Positions 42,129-53,562 of a stretch of DNA of 64,000 nt are shown here, in pieces. Location: NCBI GenBank assembly GCA_002189035.1, contig CM007990.1, forward strand, positions 2,108,001 through 2,172,000, given 5' to 3'. The position numbers and the translations under genes were made by a program. How positions within the stretch are numbered: position 1 is the first letter of the stretch; the number at the start of each line of letters is the position of its first letter. The notes under the pieces are model-generated. The model saw nothing but the letters and a program-made list of their open reading frames with translations. It ran no database searches and was not told where the DNA came from. This DNA comes from Utricularia gibba. Lineage: Eukaryota > Plantae > Magnoliophyta.

Positions 42129-42580
42129 TTGCCTCATATTGACTATAAAGCATATAACATTGAGTTCAAGTTATTCACATTAGACTAAGAACAATATAAT
42201 TGGGCCATGATTTCCTAGTTCACTATAATTACTTTTCTTTTAAATAGGTACATATACCTATTTATATAAGAATTGACTCACTTTAATTGATAAATACTCC
42301 TAGTTATAATATATTTTGAGAGTAATACTCCTACTAAAATTCAATGATAATCAAGAGTACATGAATAAGGAAAGTGCTTTGTTAAAGAAAATTAAAACCT
42401 CAAAGTAAATGTCAAAGATATAGTAAAATATAAACATGGGAGCTTGTGCAAACATGATTTCATCGAAGATCTGTAGCTGGTAACTTTTTAAATCGCCATA
42501 CTGATTCTAAAACATAAAAAATTCTAAAAACTAAAAAGAAATGAAAATACAAAATGTAAGACTCAATTTGAAGACTCTAA

Positions 42581-42797
42581 GGGCATGTTTGATGGTTAGT
42601 ATAGATAAAGAAGGCTTTAAAAGTAGGATTTACTTAAAACCAAAGATACATCTTTAAATAAAACCACCCCCTACCTTTATTTAAACCCATGTTTTGCTTT
42701 AAAATAAAATTGGTTTTATATAAAACCTCTTGCCTAATGAAACTTATTAAAATTACAATCATATTATAGTCATCTAAAACGTTTACCAAATATGCTC
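42581..42797. mobile_element. Tourist-like MITE (217 bp)
   Basis: TIRs GGGCATGTTTGA / CCAAATATGCTC, with TAA on both flanks (42578-42580, 42798-42800). Confidence 0.7.
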
Positions 42798-43550
42798 TAA
42801 GACTCTCCCAAACTTTGGTGCAAGAATTTTCTTATAAAGGATAATTTTAAAGCTTTTGTTGAATTTTTGGTTAGTTAGTATCAAATCTTTTATTTAAATC
42901 GTCCTTTTATTTAAATCCTTTTATGAATCTTAAATCTTGGGTAAAATTTTTATTTTTGAACTTTTTTTGAGTTCAAATTCGTCCATTTTCAGGTCCATCC
43001 AATTTGGGCCATGATATTTCTTTAATTTAAATTAATAAAAAAAGATTATATTGACACAAAATATTAAAAAAATTAAAAAATATACATGATAAAAGAAATA
43101 TAAAACGATTCATAAAGAATATAAACTCAAGTGATAAAAAGTCACTCATCAGATCATATCAATGGGAAGTAGTTACGTTTGATTTTTAAATAATGTGAAT
43201 GAAGAGAACATGTAAGAGAACAATTTAGTAAAAAGCGGAAATAGCAAGAACGATCTATTATACGCTTCAATCTTCTAGTGTTTATATTTTTGTATTAATG
43301 TAATATGAATTGATTTTTTATGTTTATATAATAATGAATTCAAAAATTTTAAAATATGAATATATAAATTTTATGAATTTTCTTTTACTCCGAAAAAGGA
43401 AAAGTTTACTCGTGAAAAGAACAAAAGAAAAGCGGCAGCTCGAGAGAGTGCTGAATATCAATGTAATTGTATATAAATTGGATAGCAATATAAAGATAGT
43501 TGCATTTTCCAGTGCCCCTTCTCGTCTTCTCTCCCGTCAGTACTTGCGTC

Positions 43551-43605
43551 TAGGGTTTCGTCTGATCAGACCAAAGGGATGGTGGTCTCACCCAAGATTG
43601 TTTAG
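43551..43605 (+). promoter_or_regulatory. Putative DDL 5' leader exon with telo-box and 8-codon uORF
   Basis: TAGGGTTT at 43551-43558 follows a pyrimidine-rich patch. ATG GTG GTC TCA CCC AAG ATT GTT TAG at 43579-43605 is immediately followed by a GTGAG donor. Confidence 0.55.
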
Positions 43606-44491
43606 GTGAGAATATCAATTTGGGAAACGAAGCTGCTGTCGACTTTCCTTCTCGTCCATCTCTGTGCCTGAAGATTTGTTTTTATTTTTTGTGCGAAGAT
43701 GATAACTGCTCCAACTCTTCAGTTTGTGGACCAAATATGTAGGACGCTAAAATCTCAGTTTACTTATTGTTAATTTTGTACAACGTCTTTTCACCCGCAG
43801 TTTAACAGGAAGACCTCTAACTCTAAAACTGTAGGATTAATAACAACATATGCGAAACTTTGGTTTATGCTTGTTATGTCGATACAAGTATATGATTGTT
43901 ATGTTGTAGTCTTGCTCTTATCTTTTTTATTCGAATTTTAGGGTTTGCATGATTGCTTCTGGAATGTGAACTTCCTGTATGATGTTATTTACAAAACTGA
44001 GTCTTATGTATGTGAAGATGTCATTTTTTTTTCCTGTGGGTAGTTCTCATCTATTTTTGTAGAATTTGTTTGGTTCGTTAGAATGCTGCCTTGTGATCCT
44101 ACCATGATACGATTGTAACTATTATCTTTTTGTGCATGCTCCAAGTTAACTTTGCATTCCAGGTTTTCCTGAAGCATTCTCTTTGTCATTTGCGGTCTTG
44201 GAATGCATGTATATGTCCACTGTAATATGCTTTTCTCGAACTCAAAATGTGACCTGAATGCTTCAAAACCATAATTTATCTGATGATGCGTTCTGGCTGT
44301 GAACATCCATTGAAAATTGGGGAGTCCTTGCGGTTTTGTTAAGTCATGATGTACTTTACCACTGTTGCTCAACGCTAGTGTAAGGTTTTAATGTTTGGAA
44401 AAAGCCATTAGGGCTCCTTACATTCTGCTGTACATGATTTGTGAAATGTGGTATCCTAAACGTTTATCTTTGTTATCATGTGGCCAGATTG

Positions 44492-47010
44492 ATGTTTGGA
44501 TGCAATACTGCTTCAATGGTGTTGTGTGATTCGTATTCTCCAGATTCTGGTGAGTTTCCTCATCAGCGGAGCACTTCTACGAGAAGAAATTCTCCTGGTG
44601 GATACCGGAAAGCAAGGGCCGGAAATCCTTTATACAGTTCCTCACCTAAGCATGCTGCATCAAGGTCCCGTGGGTATGATTCACCAGTGACAGAAAAGAA
44701 TTCTGGCCGCACAAGGTCACCGATTACAAAAAGTAAACCCAGCCGAGACAGGTCCCCAAGACATGTTAAATCAAAATCCCCATCACCTATTTCACTCACA
44801 AAAAACAAGCTATCATCTCAAAGGTCTGGGAAACATGCGAATTCAAGGTCACAAGGATCTCCTGGAATAGCTAGATCAAGGTCTCCCATGTCTCGCTCTC
44901 CTTCGCCAAGAAATAGAAGATCAAGGAGAGCTAGAGTTGACCGAGACGTGGGAGAAGAGAAAGAGAGTGAATATGAGAAAAACCATCGGAAGAAACGAGA
45001 GATTCTTGGCTATGATGAGAAACATTCGGTCAGAGATGTTCAATCTGAAAGAAGGGATAGGGAAGTAAAGAGGGATGCAGATGGAAATGGTTTTGGATCA
45101 GAACGCAGACGTGTATCTTCACCTTCTAATCTTAATCACAGGGGGCGGCAGAGATCAATGTCTCCATTAAATGATGACAGAGGACGTGATGAGGTGTCGT
45201 GGTGATATCTACTCTTTCACCTGAATAGTTCTCTGTCTTTTAAAAAATATAGTACACTAATCATTACCAGTTTGGCATCGATTGAAGTGTCTGACGATAT
45301 TTTTTTACCTATTTGGTATTCCTCAAGGTTTTTTTGAAGTGTCATGTGTCATTCAGATGAAGCTTATAGTTTGGCCATAAAATCGTCCTAGTTGTCTTGA
45401 TTGTTTTAAAGTACCTGAAATGTGTGCCCAGTAGATTTTATTCAAATTAATTGAAGATATGCATGATGATGATTTATGAATCCCTGCAGCTACAAAATCA
45501 AAGAGATGAAGATCAGAGGTTAACTATAGCTTACATTCTTTTCAGCACTGATTCGTATGGAATTAGCATGCTTGTATTTATATGTTTCTGTTTTGTGTGA
45601 TTTTTCATTTGCCTGCGTAGGAATGGTGGCAATGATCCATTAACTAAGATGAAGGCTGTTGAAGCTGAGTTGGAAGCTAAGGAAAAGGTACTTCTCCGCC
45701 ACTTCTGACTTGCCAGGATTGATTTTACATCTCATTTTCTGAGAGCATGCTTTGGTGCTTCCAGCAAAAGCCTTCATTCGAACTATCAGGGAAGCTTGCT
45801 GCAGAAACTAACAGAGTTAGAGGTGAGTAGGAAATGCCCATTTTCATATCGTGAAATCACATACGAATTTTCTGTATGCTATGTAATTAGGATTTTTCAG
45901 GTGTCACTTTGCTGTTCAATGAACCACCTGATGCTAGGAAACCGGATGTTCGTTGGCGATTGTATGTCTTTAAGGGAGGGGATGTGCTTAATGGTGAGTT
46001 ATTGGTGAACTTATGCTCAGTGGTGTATATTATATCGAATTATTAAACATGCTCGTGTTCCTTATTTTTTGTCCCATGTCAAACCCAACTTTTCTGCATC
46101 TGATGTTCTACCTCTTGGTAGGTAGCCTATGAGCCTTTTTAGAATTATTTCTTCCAAGAATGGAAGAATCTCATCAATGATAGAAGTATATGGAAGAGTA
46201 CTGTGCAATAAAAACCCGAAGTAGTTAAAAAAGCAGAATGTTAAGATTGCAAAGCAGAAGAGTCAGATTCTCCAAAAGAGCTTTTTTGCAGTTACTAAAT
46301 TTCTTAGACGTCAAGCAGTGTCCGTCTTTTGTTATTATAGTCCTCATCAGAAAAAGTTGGTGAATATGCAGAACCCCTTTATGTGCATCGGCAGAGTTGC
46401 TATCTTTTTGGTAGAGAAAGGCGAGTAGCAGACATCCCTACGGACCACCCATCTTGCAGTAAGCAACACGCTGTTCTTCAATATCGGTAGGATTGCAGCT
46501 TTAGGTGTTGCTCTTAATCTGTTCTCTTTACAATAAGCATCGTTTCACCAATGTGCCGTCTTTTGTAGGCAAGTCGAGGTCGAAAATGCAGATGGTACAA
46601 TGACAAAAAAAGTGAGGTAGAGTAAACACTGTGTGTGTTGAATCATGATTCCTGCAAGTTTAAATAGCTAAGAAGCTCGCCCATCGCTTGTACCAGGCCA
46701 TATTTGATGGATTTGGGGAGCACCAACGGCACCTTCATTAATGTGAGGATTTGCTAAAATGTAATCCATATTATTGGCCCTCATTTTTCATATCCGTGCC
46801 ATGTTCTCCGTGTTTCCAGGATAACCAAATAGAGCCTCAGAGATACTATGAACTACTCGAGAAGGATACCGTGAAGTTTGGCAATAGCAGGTATATGTAG
46901 TGATCCATATCTTTCTTTAGCTGCTGGTTGAGCTTCTAAGTGTGTCTAGTCTGTCTGTCTCCTAATGCAGCCGTGAGTATGTTCTTCTACATGAAAACTC
47001 TGCTACCTGA
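44492..47010 (+). CDS. DDL: FHA domain protein DAWDLE (SNIP1 homolog; small-RNA biogenesis), 10 coding exons, about 422 aa
   Basis: Exons about 44492-45193, 45490-45518, 45621-45687, 45765-45822, 45901-45993, 46372-46486, 46569-46616, 46697-46742, 46820-46890, 46971-47010, all in phase. Peptides PSFELSGKLAAETN, FNEPPDARKP, RWRLYVFK, HRQSCYLFGRERRVADIPTDHPSCSKQHAV, PYLMDLGSTNGT and SREYVLLHENS match recalled DDL. Start codon uncertain (44492, 44516 or 44888). Confidence 0.92.
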
Positions 47011-48099
47011 ATGGCTTCACATGACTTAATGCTCCTGGTTGCTGTGCTGAGCTTTGATGGTGGAAGGAAATGACAGTGTGCCCCAGTTAATTAGCAAGGC
47101 CGACGTTTTAGACATGTCAATGTTACTTTTGCTTTCAACTTCAATGGTGTTTTTTTGACGATTAGACTACATGATTTCTAGAAGTTCAATGCAGATAAAG
47201 AAGATGTCTTTTATTTTTTATGCTAATATATTTTTTTGTTTTGTTTTTTTCATTTTATAACGAAATGGTTTTGTTGAATAAAAATCATGCTCCCAATGGC
47301 ATTTAATGAAAATGTGATGTAAACACCAAGAAAGGTTAATTCGTAATATTAGAAAATGTGGAGCTTCAACTAATGTTAATCTTAGTTTGTATTTTTGGAT
47401 TGTTTGGTATAACATGTAAGATTATTTTATGTTAGATGATATTGATTAATAATATGTTTGATAAATATTAATATATAATTTTGAAATTAAGTATCCAATC
47501 AACTATTTTAACATGCATTAATAATGAAATACAACTTCATTATTATGTGAATTTGAGTAATTTAATGATGACAATGTATAATATTATTTTTATTATTTTT
47601 CAAAAATATTTACTCCAATTATTTTAATAATGTTACATATAAATTTTTCCTTACAAATACGTGATAAATAATTATTACTTAAACAACACTTTGTACAAAA
47701 TACATTCATATTTTTCAAAACTGGATCTTGTGACTCCTAGCTACAAACTGGCGTGAACCATTTCACGGAGTATGTGTCCGGATAGTCCAAAGTCGTGCGA
47801 CTTTGGAGCCCTTGTTCAAGGGGAATAACTTGAGCATAAGGGATATACCTCTCCACCAATGACGTGAAACACACTATTAAGATCTGCCTGCCTACACATC
47901 TTCTGTCAAAGGAGTTATTATTGACTGAAATGTCTTCTTCGAGACTCTCGGTGCCAAAGGAATAAGCTTAGTCAACGAAAATAGCAACAAGTACAATCTC
48001 ACCAATAGGTCACTCTTATGATCCTTGTTGTAGGAATGATGGTAGGATACCCCTTACTAAGGATATTGGAAAGCTTTGCTACGGCAATTCACTTTGAGT

Positions 48100-48483
48100 A
48101 CAGGGAAGTCTGCTGGTAGGAATTCTTCAGGACGTATGACTTTTTTCACCGAGGGGGTGGATCGAAGGGATTGCTGCCAAGAATTGATCTGAAACGAAGC
48201 ACTTCGTCTGTGGGCATTGTTGAAGGGATAGAATATGATCCACATCGTTCTTCGTGAATTGCTCCAGTATGATGGAAAATGCAACATGATAGAAGAGTTC
48301 GCTCCACTGAAAAAGAGACTCGAATCCACCATCTGCGGTTCATTTGCGTTCTCTTCCATGCCCGAGAAGGTGGATCAAAGAAAAGTAGCTTGCTTCTCTG
48401 TTGGACTGATGGCGGTTTATTCCACCAGAATGCCCTCTTGGTGGAAGAACCACTTTACTAGGTTGGGTGCATGAACCAAAAAA
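48100..48483 (+). mobile_element. Possible gypsy gag remnant truncated by the MULE
   Basis: LLQYDGK..IEEF..PEKVDQRKVACF..SWWKNH resembles retrotransposon capsid motifs. Weak match. Confidence 0.35.
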
Positions 48484-48880
48484 GAGTAAATTACATATTT
48501 GATCTAAAAATTATGTATTTAGAGTATAATTGACTCAAAATTTTTTATAAGGGGATATAACGGACTCATACAATTTCGGGAATAAGCATATTTGACCCAT
48601 AAGTTTTGTGAATTGACATATTTGACCTACGAATTTTTATTACTATAGAATACATCTATTTAATAATGATAAATTTGACCTAATGAAATTTCGTTTTTGG
48701 CATATTTGATCCACATAATTTATTGGTTCAATATATTTAACTCACACAGTTAAACCCGGTTTAATAATATTATTATTTTAATAAATTATTAAAAAATTTA
48801 AAATTTTTATATTTGAAAATTTCCCCAAATCGATTAACATGTGAATTGAATGAATTTCCCTAAAAATTACCCTAAATCGT

Positions 48881-49045
48881 TCATTCCCCTAGCTCCAGCA
48901 TTTTTTCCTTCTGGTTCTGGGTGAATTTTGTGCGGAATCTTTTCCGGCTATCGGAGCTGAATAGCAATGTGGCGGCAGGGTTACAAGGGGCGGAAGCTAC
49001 GGTGCTGTTTTTTGGCAGTGCGCCCGATAAGAAAGGTACTGCTGG
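48881..49045 (-). pseudogene. Captured ZF-HD (ZHD) homeodomain fragment inside the MULE
   Basis: ...PFLSGALP...SSDSRKRFRTKFTQNQKEKMLELGE*. RKRFRTKF..QKEKM is the signature start of the ZF-HD homeodomain. It is truncated before the usual conserved Trp, and no zinc finger is visible. Confidence 0.75.
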
Positions 49046-49653
49046 GTTATGCACAAAATTCTTATTCACTGATATTGGATATGCTATTCTTTTCAAATCT
49101 AGTAGATGAACAATCATGTCAATATTTTTCTTTTATCTACTCTTCTTTTTTCCTAGGAACTATGGGCACTTTTCAGCTTCTGCTGTCATGATCTGCTTGG
49201 TGACAAGAAAGAGTAACCCATTTGACTTTTCCGATTTCCCCTCGCTGAGTTATGCTACTTTCGTTTTTTTAATTAATTGTTCCTAAGGTTTAAGGAAAAA
49301 ATTGAGAACTTCATTAATCGAGGAAATGAGAAGAATGCCTCTGATCGAGAAAAGTATATTGGTTCTTCAGTAGCGAAAGTGAGTTTATTTAGGTTTTTCA
49401 TCCGTTTTTTCTTAGTAAATTAGTGCACCTTGAGTTTGAACAAGGTAGTTCATATAAACTGTCTACATTTTGTTCCAATTCTGTATGATATAGTATTCAG
49501 ACTGATATTTTTTTAATGAAATATAATGTTTAAAAAATACATGTAACTTTAGTAATTTGATTTTTGTGAAGCATATCTGGTTTTTATAGCATTGCAACCA
49601 TTAATAGCAGAGTAGTTCTTATTATTGATTTCTTAGTTGATTTATTTGTAGAT

Positions 49654-50190
49654 ATGGATACTCACATGAAGTATGAAAATGACTTCAAATTAGACTACGG
49701 GAGTGAGGATAAAGACTATGAAATTCTTGATGACCAATTCCCCATCGAGAATGATGATTATGGACTATCTTTGCAAGTTCCCATATTTGAAGGATCGGAA
49801 GCTCCTCGCAATGAAACAAGTGAAGGGCCTTTGAACATTGTTAGAACGGAAAGCAGTAGTGTTCAAATACAAGAACTTGTGTAAGTATAATTTGTTTTGA
49901 TTATGTTGTACTATTATTATTTTTAGTATTTAAATTATATTTTATTTATAGGGAAGGGATAATCTTTGAATCGAAAGACGAGGTCAAAGATGCACTTGAA
50001 GAATATTGTGTGCGGAAAGGAATCCAATTCTGGTTTGAAAATAATGATAAGCGTCGTTTGATTGCGCGTTGTAGAGGTAGTGAAGGGGTAAAATACCCAT
50101 GTAAGTTGTATGTGAAGGTAACACCGATGATGACTTGAAGTGTTTATGTCCACATAGAAATCATTGTCGGCCACATGTGAACAATATTGT
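49654..50190 (+). pseudogene. MuDR transposase N-terminal fragment
   Basis: Acidic exon 49654-49878, then from about 49952 EGIIFESKDEVKDALEEYCVRKGIQFWFENNDKRRLIARCRG..PCKLYV, a MuDR DNA-binding-domain pattern. A stop follows and the DDE core is missing. Confidence 0.75.
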
Positions 50191-50949
50191 AGGTAGATAT
50201 TAGTGAAGATGGAAAAAGTAAAATATGTGAAGGAGTTTATTTTTGTCCTAAGATATGCATTTTTGAAGCATTTGTTTTTATATATTTGTGGATTTGTTTT
50301 TAATTTTGTAGTGTTTTTTCTTACATATTTTTGATTGGTTTATTGTTGAATATTGTATGTTAGAGATGTATTTTATTAATTATGTAATGATAAGTTAGCA
50401 TTTACGCATGGAGAGTTGATGGATTATGTGATAATATTTGTTTCTTTTAGTTTTTTCTTGATTTATATGTGAATTATATATTGTTAAGTGTCATTTTCTA
50501 GTTATTTAGTAGGTGTTATTATGTATTAATTATGTATTAAGTCATCCAATTAGGAATTATATTGATAAAAAATTGATTTTTCTTATTTTGCATATATTTT
50601 CTGTCTTTTTTCTCATCCTTTGACTGAGACATGTCAGGAGACTGTCATAGAGTGTTGCAGGAGTATTGCAGGTGGTCAAACTCTGAGTTTTCGTACCTTG
50701 TACGCGACTTGGAACGATTGTGAGTTTGCGTACCTTGTACGCAAGACAGAAGGAATGATGGGAAGGGGACTCAAAGAAGTTGATTCACGAGGGGGGAGTG
50801 ATATAAAAGCCACTTGGAGCAATTAATTTGAGACTTTTGCCATTTCCTTTCAAGACTTAGAATTTTTAAGTTCTTCCTCCCCTCAAAGTAGGAAGAACAC
50901 TTAGCTTTCAATTTTTTTTTCTGTTTTCATGACCCTTTCGGGCTAAAAA

Positions 50950-51680
50950 TAAATAATGCTCTTGATTCTCATCGTTTCTAAAGATAAAATATATATTTTT
51001 ATTATAAAATAATGCACTCGATCCTTAGAAAATATAAAGATAGAGTGCATTATTTATATTAAAAATAAATAAGACACTCGATCCTTATTGTTTCTAAAAA
51101 TAGAGTGTATTTTTTATTATAAAATGATGCACTCGATCTTTAGAAAACATAAGGATAGAGTGCATTATTTTTATTAAAAATAAATAATGCACTCGATTCT
51201 TATCGTTTTTAAAGATCGAATGCATTGTTTACTTTATTAAAAAATGGCATACTGCTGACATGGACGTGGGTCACATAACCCACGCCCATATGCATACGCA
51301 ACAACACCACAAGGCCACACACATGCAGCAGCATGACAACGCCACACAGGTGTGGTTTATGTGTAAACCACGCCCGTGTGCACATGCAGCAGCCACAAGG
51401 TCATACGGGCGTGGTTTATATGTAAACCACACCCGTATGCACACGCAGCAGCATGATAAGGCCACACAGGCGTGGTTTATGCACAACTCATGCCCGTGTG
51501 CCCTTGTCATGTATACACGATCTAAATTGCTTCTAAGAGTCGAATGCTAATTAAGATTTAAAATAAATGAATATGCACTGGATCCAAAGTATACCTAAGG
51601 ATCGAATGTTAATAAAAATATTAAAATAAAAATTATACGCTCGATCCAAATCATAACCAAGGATCGAATGCTAATAAAAT
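50950..51680. repeat. Nested arrays of hairpin-forming tandem repeats
   Basis: AT-rich units of about 59 bp (AATGCACTCGATC..GATAGAGTGCATT) at about 50950-51230 and 51520-51680 flank four GC-rich hairpin units (G(C/T)GTGGTTTA....TAAACCAC(G/A)CCC) at about 51265, 51349, 51407 and 51469. Confidence 0.85.
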
Positions 51681-53562
51681 TAAAAACTAAGAAACTTTCA
51701 TATTTATTATATGGTTTAATAAATAATCTATTTATATTATTTATATTTTAATAAACATATATCATATGATTATAAAAAAAATTTTTTTGTAATTGTTGCA
51801 TCTGGCATGTTATCGCATGCTTAGAAATAAATATGATTTATAAAAATACTGATAATAATCTTAAGTTCACTTTGTAACGACATCACGGGTTCAAATCGTA
51901 GTGGGTTGACCCGATGGATATTCGGATTGACTGTTGTGACCATGTCTACAAGGCACTTATCTATCAACATTTATTTCAAAAAGTATTCAATTTTTTTTAA
52001 ATTTTGATAAACTTTATAGGTTAATTATGCCAATTTGATAAATTTATTGTGTTAATTATGTTAATTTGTCACACTTTATGGGTTAAATATGCAGATGTAA
52101 CAAACTTTAAGGGTCAACAATATCAATTTATTAAACTGTAAGGGTCAAATATGCCAAATTATTAGGTTAAATATACCAACTGAACACTATACATGGGACC
52201 AACAGTAAACTTATTGGGTCAAACGGACTCCGTTGTGAAGTTTTATAACTTTTCGTTGGATCAAATATGCCCCGTTATAATATTTTATGGGTCAAAAGTA
52301 TCAAAACTAAATTTTTATGGGTCAAATATGTGATGCAACAAATTTTTTACAGGTCAAATATGTCATTTTGTAAATATTTTGAGTCACATTTGTGGAACCG
52401 GTACCAGTTCAGGTCAAATATGTCGAATTGGTCATTTTGTTATAGGTAAAAAATGACAATTTGCAAATTTTAGGTCACAAATGCCATCACCCGAGCAAAA
52501 AAACTTGCACGAAGGATAGTGGTAGCTGGGGCAAAGCCTCCTTTCTTCGTTTTTCGAATGAGAGAGCAAACCACGACTATTGGTAGAAAGATGTAAGGCG
52601 TGAATCTAGATTCCAGCATGCACTTGTGTTGTGAAATCAAAAAATTCCATTTATGCTTATGGTACGAATAGAGTGAGTGGTGTGAATGGGCAACATCCAC
52701 AAAAGCATTCACTTCCGTCCATCTCATATTGAACGAGACCAGGTGCCCAATAAGAAAATATTTGACAAAATAAATTGAAATGCATCTCAATCAAGAAAAT
52801 TCTTATGAAATAATTTGTATTTTCAAAATGACAATGTAAGTTATCTTTAAATAGATGAAAAAAAAGAATGATTAAAGATGAATAATACAAAAATTAAGAA
52901 AATTATGATTGAAAGTAAATAATACATAAATAAAAGAAAAGAATACTTGAAGATAAATGTTGTAAAATTTAAAAAAAAAATGTTTTAGGGTAAAGTATGA
53001 AAAAAAATTAAAAAAAAAGATAATGTTATTTTTATAAATTAATTAATTTTAAAAAATTTAGAAAGGTAATAATTAAAATGAAATTATTTAATTACACTAT
53101 TGTTAATCTATATTATGTTTTTTTTAAAAAAATCGCTATTTATTTATAATACAATGATAAAATAAAAAATGATGATTGTGATGTATTTATTTATGTTTAT
53201 ATATTACAGAATATTTATTAACAAAATTTATTGTTTTATATTATATATAAAATAATAAAAAAAGCATGTAAAATATTTGTCTTTTTAAAAAATTTAGAGT
53301 ATGGCTAGTTTTATAACAAAATTCACGTGATGACCATTTTTCTAACGTACGAGGAAGTGACCATTTATCTAAAAGACCCGTGACTCCCATCCTGTCATTG
53401 CCGTCAAACGGATCTCAAATGCAAGTTACTTCTAAAGTAAATAAGAAACATACTTGCAAAGACAATATAAACGAAAAGAAGCACAACAATTGTCCAAAAT
53501 ACACCCTAAATATCCGGAAAAGAAGTGCCTGGTTGGTTGTACCTCATAAACACCCAGAAATG

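Larger units (their letters stand above)
48484..52492 (+). mobile_element. About 4.0-kb Mutator-like element (Pack-MULE-like)
   Basis: Left arm rich in ATATTTGACC and right arm rich in GGTCAAATAT (inverted). Imperfect 10-bp TSD AACCAAAAAA / GAGCAAAAAA (8/10). Contains an internal MuDR fragment and a captured host fragment. Confidence 0.7.

Noticed and set aside
37953-47010. Functional link between the LTR inverted repeat and neighbouring DDL (small-RNA factor)
   Set aside because: Proximity only; nothing in the sequence ties them mechanistically.
50950-51680. CRISPR-like appearance of palindromic repeats with linkers
   Set aside because: The linkers are homologous to each other rather than unique spacers, the repeats are degenerate, there are no cas genes, and the context is a plant MULE.
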